A stretch of DNA of 61,426 nucleotides, counting the filler. It is 12 parts of 12 records of this genome, joined end to end, with 100 filler letters (N's around TTAATTAATTAA, not from the genome) between each part and the next. Parts side by side here need not be neighbours in the genome. Positions count along the whole stretch, not along the records: positions 1 to 5,322 come from SRR7504441_17498; positions 5,423 to 16,443 come from SRR7504441_17499; 10 more parts are not named here. The stretch is one strand, 5' to 3'. The notes under the pieces were generated by a model. That model searched no databases, was not told the origin of the DNA, and was given only the letters and a program-made list of their open reading frames with translations. Below are positions 1 through 8,838 of this stretch, in pieces. The position numbers were made by a program, and so were the translations under genes. Position 1 is the stretch's first letter. The number at the start of each line of letters is the position of its first letter.

Positions 1-76
1 GCGCCATCGCCCACGATGACGACCTGCCAAGGCCAGTCAGGCCCGTTCGCCTGGACCTTGCCTTTGCGAATGCCAT
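1..76 (-). CDS. Rho-family small GTPase, 5' end only (runs off window start)
   Basis: ATG at 76; removing a 38-nt GC-AG intron (24-61) gives MAFAK|VVIVGDGA, the Rho/Rac beta1-P-loop start (K-x-V-V-V-G-D-G-A). Confidence 0.65.
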   Translation of the reverse strand, partial: MAFAKARSRRTGLTGLGRSSSWAMA

Positions 77-380
77 TGCCGTTTGGACAGTTTGGAACAG
101 TCTGTGTCCGGTCTCATATTGTAACAGGTCACAACGAAACGCAGCCATGACCCATGCCTCAATGGCCATTTAGACAATATAAACCCACATGTAAATTTAA
201 TTCATTCAAAGAATGTGCCGTTTTCGTGGTATTTTCGTGGCACATCATGATTATACTCGTACATGTACACAGTTATCTGGAGTTGGCCAAATGCTCTCTC
301 TCTCTTGATGAGATCCCTTAATCAAAAACGCTATTAAAACGCTTAAAATGACACTTCATACCTGTAGGTCACCACTCAGT

Positions 381-2759
381 TCACCCGTGCCGAATCTTGT
401 TATCCAACACAACCTCGGCCGGCGCCTCCGGCTTGGCCTCCCAGAACCCCGCCGGCGGGGCAGGCAGCGGCCGGTCCGGATCCATGTTCTCATAAGTCGG
501 GTGAAGCACAGCCCTCGCCGGCTCGCCCTCCTTGCCGTCGCGCCGAAGCGGTCTAGTCATCTTCTCGATCGCAGCACGCGCCTTGGCCGACTTAGCCTCT
601 GCTTGTCGCCTGCGCTTCTCCTCGGCTTGAGCCTGCCGGGCTGCGATCTTGTCTGCTCGCGCCTGCCGCTGGTTCTCGTCGGTGCTGTTCCCGCCCTGCA
701 ACCGAGCCCGCAACCGGGCCGGGATCCTGGGCTTGCTTGGTGGCTCAACCACCAGCGTGCACTCTGCAGGCTCCTCCGGCGCAGCCGGCTCCTCGGCTCG
801 CAGCTCACCCACACCGTCCGCAGGCTCGGCACCCGGTGCAGCCTCGCCTGTGAGCTCTCTCCTCCGCTGGAGCAGCTGCTCTAGCCTCCGCCGTTCCGAC
901 TCTGCGCCACACAGCACGCTCTTTGTGATCATCCCGCCGCCATCACCAAACTCGTCAACAGCCAGCGGCTGCTCCACCAGCTCCCACCGCTCCTTATTCA
1001 CGATCAGCTCCTCACATGCTCTTACTTCATCATCCAGCGCTGCAAGCACCGCCTTCAGCCCACAGTCGGCCGCCACGGCGCTCGTTTGCACTGTGGCACA
1101 CTTTTCGCCAAACCGGAGCGCCTGCATGGTCTCGGTCGCGTGGCGCGGGTCGGCGCTCGCTGTCACAACGATGGCAGTCTTACAGTCACCTCCGAGGGCT
1201 GAAGAGAGTAGCATCGTCAGCTTGCTATTCTGATACGGCACATACTCGCGCTTCTCCACCAGGGCTGTTATGCACTCCTTGAGCGCAAGCAGCCCAAGGT
1301 TGATTTGGATCGCTTCGCACTTGCGCTCGCCTTCGGCCTGGCTCTTCTTCAGCTGCTCGGATCCGCCCAAGTCACACAAGCAAAGCTGAGAGGTGACGCC
1401 TTCAGTCCCACTCCAGCCCTTGGGCCACTGAGTCAGCTGGAGCATCAACAGCGAGTGTGCGCGCGACGACCGCTCGTTCATCGCAGTGGCCGCCCGGCGC
1501 TTATTCTCCTCTCCGGCACGGAGCAGACCCTCGAGGTGCTCGGCACTCGTTACTGTCACGCCGCATCGACCCTCAAGAGCGGCCCGGGCGGCCGTGCCTT
1601 GCCACGCCCCAACCGCCTCATCCTTCTGAAGCAAATCGGTCACGCGCTCGCCATAGACTTCCATAAACGAGAGCTGTAGCTCACTCCGAATCCCGAGCGC
1701 TGCACGCCTGACCACCGCCGCCATCACCTCGTGGCATGCTCGAGGGATGATCCCAGAGTCGCCCGTGAGCGCGAGAGAGCACGCCGAGTGCGCCGTCGGG
1801 CCCGCGATTGTGAAGGTCTTGCCGGATCCTGTCTGGCCGTAGCACATCAGAGTGGCGTTAAGCCCGTTGATAAACTGGCCGACTTGCTCGCGGGCGGCCG
1901 TCTCGTACACCAGGCCCTGCGTGCCGCCCTCGTTGAACACTCGGTCAAAGCACACAAACTCGCGCAGCCCAACCCCGTGCGCGCACATGGTCAGGTGCCG
2001 GGGACCGACCGAGACTAGTCCCTCGCTCGCCTCGGCCGCCGCACTCACCGCTGCCGAGGGCGCCACCGCCTGACGGGCTGCCAGGATCTGCTCGACTGCC
2101 TGCTCGGCCTCTTCGGGGATGAACGCCCCCTCGAACGGATCGCCCTGTGGCCCGAACAGCTGCAGCCGCGCCTCCCTCTCGTCGCACTGGCACTGCTCCC
2201 GTATCAGGGCCAAACGTTGGTGGAGTGGAAGCCGAACCACTCGGGCCGCCGAAGCGCCGTCCAGGGCTGCCGCGGCCAGGGGCTTGAGCCGTGCCACCAC
2301 GGACACGCTGAAGTCGTACCGTTTGGCGGGCGGGGCAGGGCCGTGCGCCAGCTCGAGATCCTGCTCGCCGGTCCGGGAGCGCTTGAGCCACTCGGAGACG
2401 GTGCCGCAGGTCTTGGCCGCGCGGATCTCGTCCTCGGTCGGGGGCACGAAGGTCCAGCGCTCGCGGAGCGGGAAGAACCGCTCGAAGGCCGCCCGCCAGC
2501 TCGAATCGACCAGCACGGGTGGGACGTAGACCGCCTCGGATTCTTCGAGCAGCTCGCAGAGAAGCCGCCAGAGCGGCGGGGCCCGGGCGAGCTGGGCCCA
2601 GTGCCGGTTGAGTTGGAGCAGCCGCCACCGGGCGGGCCAGTCGGCCAGCGCCCGGAGCAGCGCCTGCGCAATGTCCAGCTCGGGGTTCTGCATTGCTGTT
2701 TTGCAGCCAAAAATTCTCGATTCCCAGCTGTTGTCTGTTGAGCTCGAGGCGTCGGCCAT
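381..2759 (-). CDS. Kinesin motor protein with N-terminal F-box-like region
   Basis: Single 792-aa ORF; P-loop YGQTGSGKT, switch I NERSSRAH, switch II DLGGSE, VPYQNSKLT; N-terminal LLRALADWPARWRLLQLNRHWAQLARAPPLWRLLC resembles an F-box. Confidence 0.9.
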   Translation of the reverse strand: MADASSSTDNSWESRIFGCKTAMQNPELDIAQALLRALADWPARWRLLQLNRHWAQLARAPPLWRLLCELLEESEAVYVPPVLVDSSWRAAFERFFPLRERWTFVPPTEDEIRAAKTCGTVSEWLKRSRTGEQDLELAHGPAPPAKRYDFSVSVVARLKPLAAAALDGASAARVVRLPLHQRLALIREQCQCDEREARLQLFGPQGDPFEGAFIPEEAEQAVEQILAARQAVAPSAAVSAAAEASEGLVSVGPRHLTMCAHGVGLREFVCFDRVFNEGGTQGLVYETAAREQVGQFINGLNATLMCYGQTGSGKTFTIAGPTAHSACSLALTGDSGIIPRACHEVMAAVVRRAALGIRSELQLSFMEVYGERVTDLLQKDEAVGAWQGTAARAALEGRCGVTVTSAEHLEGLLRAGEENKRRAATAMNERSSRAHSLLMLQLTQWPKGWSGTEGVTSQLCLCDLGGSEQLKKSQAEGERKCEAIQINLGLLALKECITALVEKREYVPYQNSKLTMLLSSALGGDCKTAIVVTASADPRHATETMQALRFGEKCATVQTSAVAADCGLKAVLAALDDEVRACEELIVNKERWELVEQPLAVDEFGDGGGMITKSVLCGAESERRRLEQLLQRRRELTGEAAPGAEPADGVGELRAEEPAAPEEPAECTLVVEPPSKPRIPARLRARLQGGNSTDENQRQARADKIAARQAQAEEKRRRQAEAKSAKARAAIEKMTRPLRRDGKEGEPARAVLHPTYENMDPDRPLPAPPAGFWEAKPEAPAEVVLDNKIRHG

Positions 2760-3025
2760 TGGTTCAACCTAGCGGGGCCGAGAAGGCACCCCGTCGAGAC
2801 GAGGATGAGTCCGACAGACCGGCGGCCGGCGGCGGGGGATGGCATATGCATGGGGTGAAAAAGGACTCATGATTAAATCATGAGAACTTTCATGTTCATA
2901 TCATAATAATGATTTGAATATATTCGACGGTTTTTTCTACTGGCACCGCTTCGCTGTACTTGACCCGGCAGGTTGCAGATTTTGCACTCATTTTGGACGC
3001 ATGTATTGCGACTAGAAGTCATGCA

Positions 3026-3859
3026 TCAGAGCAACTTGGCGATCCCGTCTGCCACCTCCTGGGCAATCCACTCATACCCAGCCGAAGTGTAGTGATAGGT
3101 GCATGTGCCTCCAGGCCCCGCTGAGTCGCAGAACCCGGGGCACTTGGTGTAGCGCTGGCCGCACTTGGCCTTGACCCGCGAGTACAGGTCGATTGTGGGC
3201 ACCTGGGCTCCGGCCATCACGTCCAGAGCGCGGGTGTTGAGCTCATGCACAATTGGGTCGCTCATGTTGACCTCAAACTGCATCTGCGGAGTGGTCAAAG
3301 CGTACGCCACCCGCTTGGCCGCCCCGGTGGCGGTGAGAATACTGGTGACGTTCTGCAGACGGCGCTGATAGAGGTCGAGGGCCGCGGTGCTGTTGTCCCC
3401 GAGGTCGTGTAGTCCAAAGTTGAACGTGATGACGTCCCACTCGACCTTGACGTTCATTGCGGTGGTCAACCACGCCTCGACGCACGGCAAGGCGCCCGCC
3501 ACGTTGCCTGCCGAGCCGCCGCCGCACCACGGGCCGTGCTGCACCTTGCACTTGCTCCCCAGCAGCGAGGCGACGTGTCCCACGTAGCCTAAGCTGACGC
3601 TATCACCGATCACCAGGCAATTGGGCAGCGTCGTGGAGGGAGACTCCTTGGCCCCGGGCGAGCAGCACGCGCCCGAGGGCAGCTTGCAGCCCCAGCCGGC
3701 CACCGTGGCCGAACCGTCCGAGTAAAAGCTGTGCTCGCAGCACGCGTCGGCGCAGGTGTGCGTGGTCGGGGCGGAGTGGTTCGCAGGCGTGCCCGGGCAG
3801 ACCTGCAGGGCGTCAGCTGCGCACGCGAGCATCACTGCTCCCAAAGTCAGTCTCCACAT
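3026..3859 (-). CDS. Secreted SGNH/GDSL hydrolase
   Basis: Signal peptide MWRLTLGAVMLACAADA; block I VIGDSVSLGY, block III FNFGLHD, C-terminal His in CTYHYTSAGY; intronless. Confidence 0.85.
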   Translation of the reverse strand: MWRLTLGAVMLACAADALQVCPGTPANHSAPTTHTCADACCEHSFYSDGSATVAGWGCKLPSGACCSPGAKESPSTTLPNCLVIGDSVSLGYVGHVASLLGSKCKVQHGPWCGGGSAGNVAGALPCVEAWLTTAMNVKVEWDVITFNFGLHDLGDNSTAALDLYQRRLQNVTSILTATGAAKRVAYALTTPQMQFEVNMSDPIVHELNTRALDVMAGAQVPTIDLYSRVKAKCGQRYTKCPGFCDSAGPGGTCTYHYTSAGYEWIAQEVADGIAKLL

Positions 3860-4155
3860 GGTCAGGGGAGCGGCTCGTCGGTTTGACCGTTGATGAGTGC
3901 CGTTGGCAGGCACCGTCAGGCACGTGCAAGGAGCTCAGCGAAGCGCCCGCTTGGGCTGACGGGATTAGCAGTCCGCGTGGGACCCGAGCGGCCGCGGAAG
4001 GTGCCCCCCACTGCCCATTCGCCACCCAGCCCTCCCTCGCCCTCCCCCGGCCATCCCCCCGTCGCCTGAACTGCCTGTAACCCGGCGCCGCATTCGTGCG
4101 GACGAGAGCACCCTGGTGCGGCCTCTCACCGAGTCACGGGCGCAGGCGGGTCGAG

Positions 4156-5322
4156 ATGTTCATGTCCGGGGGCAAGAAGTTGGCCTCGAGCCGTCGGGAC
4201 AGCAACGCGAGCACCGCCAGTAGCGTCAGCAACGTCAGCGGCGGCTCGCCCAAATCCGATGGCCGCCGGGTGTCCGGTTCCGCAGCCTCGGCGCTCAAGG
4301 CTCGGTTAAGCGGGAGCAGCAAGAGTCCTAAAGCTGCCAGCCCGGGATCCCCGGCGTTCAAGAAAGGCTCACCGGTGGGCGGCAAGAAAGGCTCGCCGGC
4401 AAATCCCTCACGCGGGCGGCCTGGAGGGAAGGACGCGGTGGCTGCACTCAAGGCCCGGCTGGGGAGCCGGAGCCCCACAAGCACCCCCAGGGACAGCCAA
4501 CCGTCCAGCCCGGCCAGCATCCGGTCCTCCCCACCCGTCTCGCCCGGCTCGCAGCGCAGGTCACCTTCTGTTTCGACCGGCATCGGCGCTCCTGCCATTA
4601 CGCCGAGCTCGACTGTAAAAGGCAGCCTGGCCTCCAGGGAAAGCCCCGGCTCGGCTCTGCCGCCTAGGCCGCCCAGCTCTCCGGTGGTGTTTGGGAAGTC
4701 TGCAGCGGAAGGGTCCAGTGTGGCCGAGTCTCTGCGACGGGAACCGGATCAGCAGTCCCCCCGGGCAAGCGCTTCGCTGGCGATGCCGAGCCTGGGCGGG
4801 GACACGATGGATGTTGGGTCAAAGCCAAAGGCCAAGCTGCCCCGGGCGCGGTCGCAGTCAGGTGTGGGGCAGGAGGAGGCCAGGCGGAAAGCGGAGGAGG
4901 AAACGAGTCGGCTGGCTGATCAAGCGTTCTCTGCAGCAAAGGAGTCGGCGAGGGCATCAGCTGATAAGCAGGCAGCAGAAAAGCGGGCAGCCGAACAGAG
5001 GGCGGCCACGGAGGCTGCTGAGAAGAGCGCGGCTGAAAGGAAGGCTGCAGAACAGAAGGCGGCCCGGGAGGTTGCGGAGAAGAAGGCAGCAGATCAGAGG
5101 GCAGCCAAAGAGAATGCCGACCGGCTGGAAGCTGAGCTAAGGGCCGCTAGAGAGGAGCAAAGACTAGCCAAAGAGGCGGCTGATAGGTCCGCAGCGATGC
5201 TGGCAGCGGAACAGAAAGCAGCCAAAGAGGCCGCTGACAAATTGGAAGCAGAGCACAGAGCAAGGCGGGAGGCGACACAGAGACAGGCAGCGGAGAGGAA
5301 GGCAGCTGAGGAGGCAGCAGCC
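4156..5322 (+). CDS. Ser/Pro-rich plus Ala/Glu/Lys coiled-coil protein, 3'-truncated
   Basis: Open frame up to the contig end; SP-rich N-half, AAE(Q/R)KAA repeats in the C-half. Confidence 0.7.
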
Positions 5323-5422
5323 NNNNNNNNNNNNNNNNNNNNNNNNNNNNNNNNNNNNNNNNNNNNTTAATTAATTAANNNNNNNNNNNNNNNNNNNNNN
5401 NNNNNNNNNNNNNNNNNNNNNN
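5323..5422. other. Artificial contig linker N44-TTAATTAATTAA-N44 (also at 16444-16543, 20191-20290, 24696-24795, 31855-31954, 35806-35905, 39162-39261, 42571-42670, 46789-46888, 54176-54275, 58167-58266)
   Basis: Eleven identical 100-nt spacers with stop codons in all six frames; genes are cut at these points. Confidence 0.98.
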
Positions 5423-6341
5423 TGGCCCCGCACTCGGTGCTGGTCGAGCGGCTGGGGGCGGCCTTCACCACCAACCGGTTCGGGGACCGCGTGCCGGTGC
5501 TCCGCCCGCAGGCCGAGTCGGCCGGGCTGCTGCACCTCAAGTACATGGCGCTCCGCGGCCTGGGCGACCTGCCGGCCATGCTGCTCGAGGTCGGACAGCT
5601 GCCGCACCGCGCCAGCTACTTGAACCGGCCCGATTTCGCCGCGCTCAAGCCGAGCTTGCCAAACGGCCGGCTGCCAGTGCTCGAAGTCAACGGCTCGCTC
5701 ATCTCGCAGAGCAGTACCATCGTCCGGTGAGCGGCCTGCCACCCGGGGGCTGATGGTTGGTACAGCTACCTGGCAGTTCAGGCCGGGCTGGCCGGGGCTT
5801 CCGAGCTGGATCGGCTGAAGCTTGATGCGCTGTATGAGACCTTTAACGAGCTGTTCAAGGCCCACGGCAGCTGGGGCAAGACCTTCGACGTGGAGGCCCT
5901 CCGCGGTCCGCGCGAGCCGATGCTCAAATTCCGGGAGGTGAGTGGCCATTTGGGCGCCAGTGTGTGATGGCGGGCCAGACGTCGAATCGTGGCAACTACT
6001 CGGCGTTTCAAAAGTCTTCGGTCGGCCTGGCCAGCTTCGAGGAGCTGCTCTCAGGGGCGGACTACCTCGTGGGCGGCCGGCTGAGCTACGTGGACCTGGC
6101 ACTGTGGTCCAAGCTGCATGAGCTGGGCCAGGAGGACAACCTTGGACATGGCTGGGCTGACCGACTTGAGCTGCCCAACCTCGGCCGGTTTGTGACCAGG
6201 CTGTACGCGGGCAACCTCCAGCTGGCCAGCTTTGTGAGCTCCGGGCGGAGGATGCCCCGTGTCAAGCGGATTGACGGCGATTATGTTTACTTTGAGGACT
6301 CGCCGATTCCGCAGCCACACGTGCTCAAACTGGACCTGTGA
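5423..6341 (+). CDS. Glutathione S-transferase (sigma-like), 5'-truncated, 2 introns
   Basis: LKYMALRGLG...LPNGRLPVLEVNGSLISQSSTIVR|YLA...YLVGGRLSYVDLAL; GT-AG introns 5727-5765 and 5938-5978. Confidence 0.85.
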
Positions 6342-6555
6342 AGCGGGCAGACTGCGGGTTTTTTATTTATTTGTTGTCTCGATTTGTCGATACGGAATCC
6401 ACGGAATGTACCTAATGAGTGGACAACCTGTGCGAAATAGAGTAAAGAATACAGAATAAACATGTAGATTGTGAAACATGTAATGCTAAGACCATACATG
6501 TAATGAATAGTTGATTAACCCTTGGCTTGACTGCGAGGACGTTTCCTTATAAGAA

Positions 6556-7149
6556 TTAGCTGATAGATTTGCTCGGATTAACCCTCGGCTTCATATTCGC
6601 GGGCATAAAATTCTCGATCTTGGTGGCCCTCCGGCTCTGAATTAGCGTCTCGAAAAGCCTCTGCCGGGCCGCCGCCGTCTCATCCAGCGGCTCGGCTCGA
6701 CGGGTCCGGCCCGCCGGCGAAGGCCTCTCTCGCTGCCCGTCCAGCTGGTGTGCCGTGGACACCGCGCTGTGCCACAGCTGCCGGGCAGTCCGGGGCAGCG
6801 TGGCTGTGCGCACAGCACGTGCCCCGCCAGCGTGGCCCAGCCTGCCCTTGCACTGCTCGACGATCAGCGGCTGGGGCCTGAATGGCTCGCCCTGGGAGAT
6901 TACGAGCTCCACGCCCTGTTGGGCCGCGGCCAGCCCCTCGATCTGGTCCATCCCGTACAGCTCGTCCCCATACTTGGTGAACACCCGGTCGGCGTGCTTT
7001 GTGAGCCCGAGCTTCTGGGTGGCCGCCCCGAGCAAGTGCTCCCAGCTGTGCACCACCAGCGGCACCACCTCGTCCTGCCCGCGCAGATGGGCTAGCCCAC
7101 CGTCGTTCCGGAACAGCTGCACGTACGCCCGCCCCCCGCCTCCGGGCAT
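6556..7149 (-). CDS. Doublecortin (DCX)-domain protein
   Basis: VQLFRND...SWEHLLGAATQKLGL...RVFTKYG...LVISQGEPF matches the DCX domain pattern; ATG at 7149 preferred over the longer ORF start. Confidence 0.7.
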   Translation of the reverse strand: MPGGGGRAYVQLFRNDGGLAHLRGQDEVVPLVVHSWEHLLGAATQKLGLTKHADRVFTKYGDELYGMDQIEGLAAAQQGVELVISQGEPFRPQPLIVEQCKGRLGHAGGARAVRTATLPRTARQLWHSAVSTAHQLDGQRERPSPAGRTRRAEPLDETAAARQRLFETLIQSRRATKIENFMPANMKPRVNPSKSIS

Positions 7150-7372
7150 TGCCAGGCGCTGTTCACTGAGGGCGCCTGCCGCTGTGGCCGCAACGTCGTC
7201 AAGGCCGCAACGACAAAAAGTAAGCTGACTGTTGTCAGTGAGAGGGCGGATAACAAGCGTAACAAGCCGGAACCGAAGCAATTTATTGTTTGCAATGTTG
7301 TGAAAGCGAGATGTACAGAGACCTAGAATATTCCGTGCATGAATGCAACGCGATATATAGTAGATGTTAACA

Positions 7373-8661
7373 TTACGCGCTCTGTGCGCGCTCGGTCTGT
7401 ACTGGTAGGTCGTTGACACCCAAAGCGCCATGCTCAGTAGCGTCCGGTGCCGTGGGTTTCGCCCAATCGGGCACCGGGCTCTCGAACCGCCAGCTGTCGC
7501 TCTTATACCAAAGTGCGTGCAGCCAGATCCCCATCGCATGTACCCGACCGGTCGGATCTTGACTCACCAGCTCGTTGACCAACTGCGCCCGAGTCAGCCA
7601 GTCAACCCGTCCCCGCATACCGTGGTCTCGGCTGTCGGCTGGCTGGGCAGCGGGCTGGGCTGTATCTGGCCGCCATAGCATGGGTCGTTAGCGATCGGGA
7701 ACCCTAGCCACTGAAGGTGCAGCCTAATCTGGTGCGTCCGGCCTGTCAGCGGCTCACAGTGCACCACCGAGCTGTTGTCCGCCGAGTTGAAATGCGCCAG
7801 CCAGAACCGCGTGGTGGCCGGCTTGCCGTCCGGGTGGCATTCATGAACACTAGCGCGTGGGTCGGCACAGCGGACAGGCTGCTCCACTTCCACGGGCTCT
7901 GGCCCCGGGAACTTGCCAGCTACCCGAGCCAGGTAATGCTTAGTCAGCGCCCGGTCGGTCATCTGACGACTGAACTGGACCGCGGCTGGTTTGCTCAGCG
8001 CAAGAAGCAGCACCCCGGAGGTGAGCCGGTCCAGTCGGTGCACGGTGTGCAGCTCTGGGAGTTCCGGCTGCTCGTGCGCTAGAATCTTCTGGATAGAGTT
8101 GTAATGGTACTGCCCGCACGGGTGCACCTGCCCCCGGCTCAGGCCGAGCTCGGTCTGCTGCCCGGCACCGGGACCGAGCACGGTTTGTCCACCACCACCA
8201 GGTCGCCCTGGCGGCTGATCACCCGCACAGCACCCCCCAGCACGGGCGGCTCGCTCCGCTCCACTGCGTGGCAGATCTTCTCCCCATCGCTGCCCGGCCG
8301 TCCGCCCTATCCGCCGCGGGGCGCACCGGAGCTGATGTTCGGGCGGCACGCTGGCTCCGTTGACTGTGATGTTGCCCGCCTGGATGGCGGCTCTGTAGTA
8401 CTCTCCGTCCCACAACTTGAACTCGGCAGTGAACACCTGCAGCCCGGCTGGCCGCACGGCCGACCGCGCGGGCGCCTCGATCAGCGGCCGGTCGCACCAG
8501 CGCCGCTTGACGAAGGTCTCGAAGTTGTAGTTGTATGTCGCCAGGCGCCGGAGCCCGCCCCGCTGCTCCCAGCGCGGCGGGTCCGGCAGCCGGCGGCGCT
8601 TCGGTGCGGGCAGCTGCTGCTCCTCGGCTTCCCGCTTAGGGGTCGCCTCAGCCGCGGCCAT
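7373..8661 (-). CDS. RluA-family RNA pseudouridine synthase (RPUSD2/Pus8-9-like), 4 introns
   Basis: VVVDKP..VP|VHPCG, catalytic VHRLDRLTSG, PLTGRTHQIRLHLQWLGFPIANDPCY, C-terminal GIWLHA; includes GC-AG intron 8437-8475. Confidence 0.92.
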
Positions 8662-8838
8662 CACAGTCGGTCTGCTGCCCACCCCACACACCTCCCGGCA
8701 GAACGGACAGCGTCCGTTGTTGCACACATCGGCCGGGCCGGGCGCCGGAGTCAAGCCGGCGACTGGCATTGGATGGAAGAGATGGGCTCGTGCACCAGCA
8801 ACAACGGCCCACAGTCGCCACACGGACACCCGCTGCCC

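Noticed and set aside
1945-2851. Many long overlapping alternative-frame and antisense ORFs here and throughout the window
   Set aside because: Expected in high-GC coding DNA; they are Arg/Pro/Gly-rich with no recognisable motifs.
5367-5378. TTAATTAATTAA recurring 11 times as a possible biological repeat or recombination site
   Set aside because: It is always centred in an identical 100-nt N block; it is a six-frame-stop contig linker.
8104-8838. N-terminal 245 aa of ORF 8104-10641
   Set aside because: It is the antisense shadow of the pseudouridine synthase gene; the plausible start is ATG 8839.
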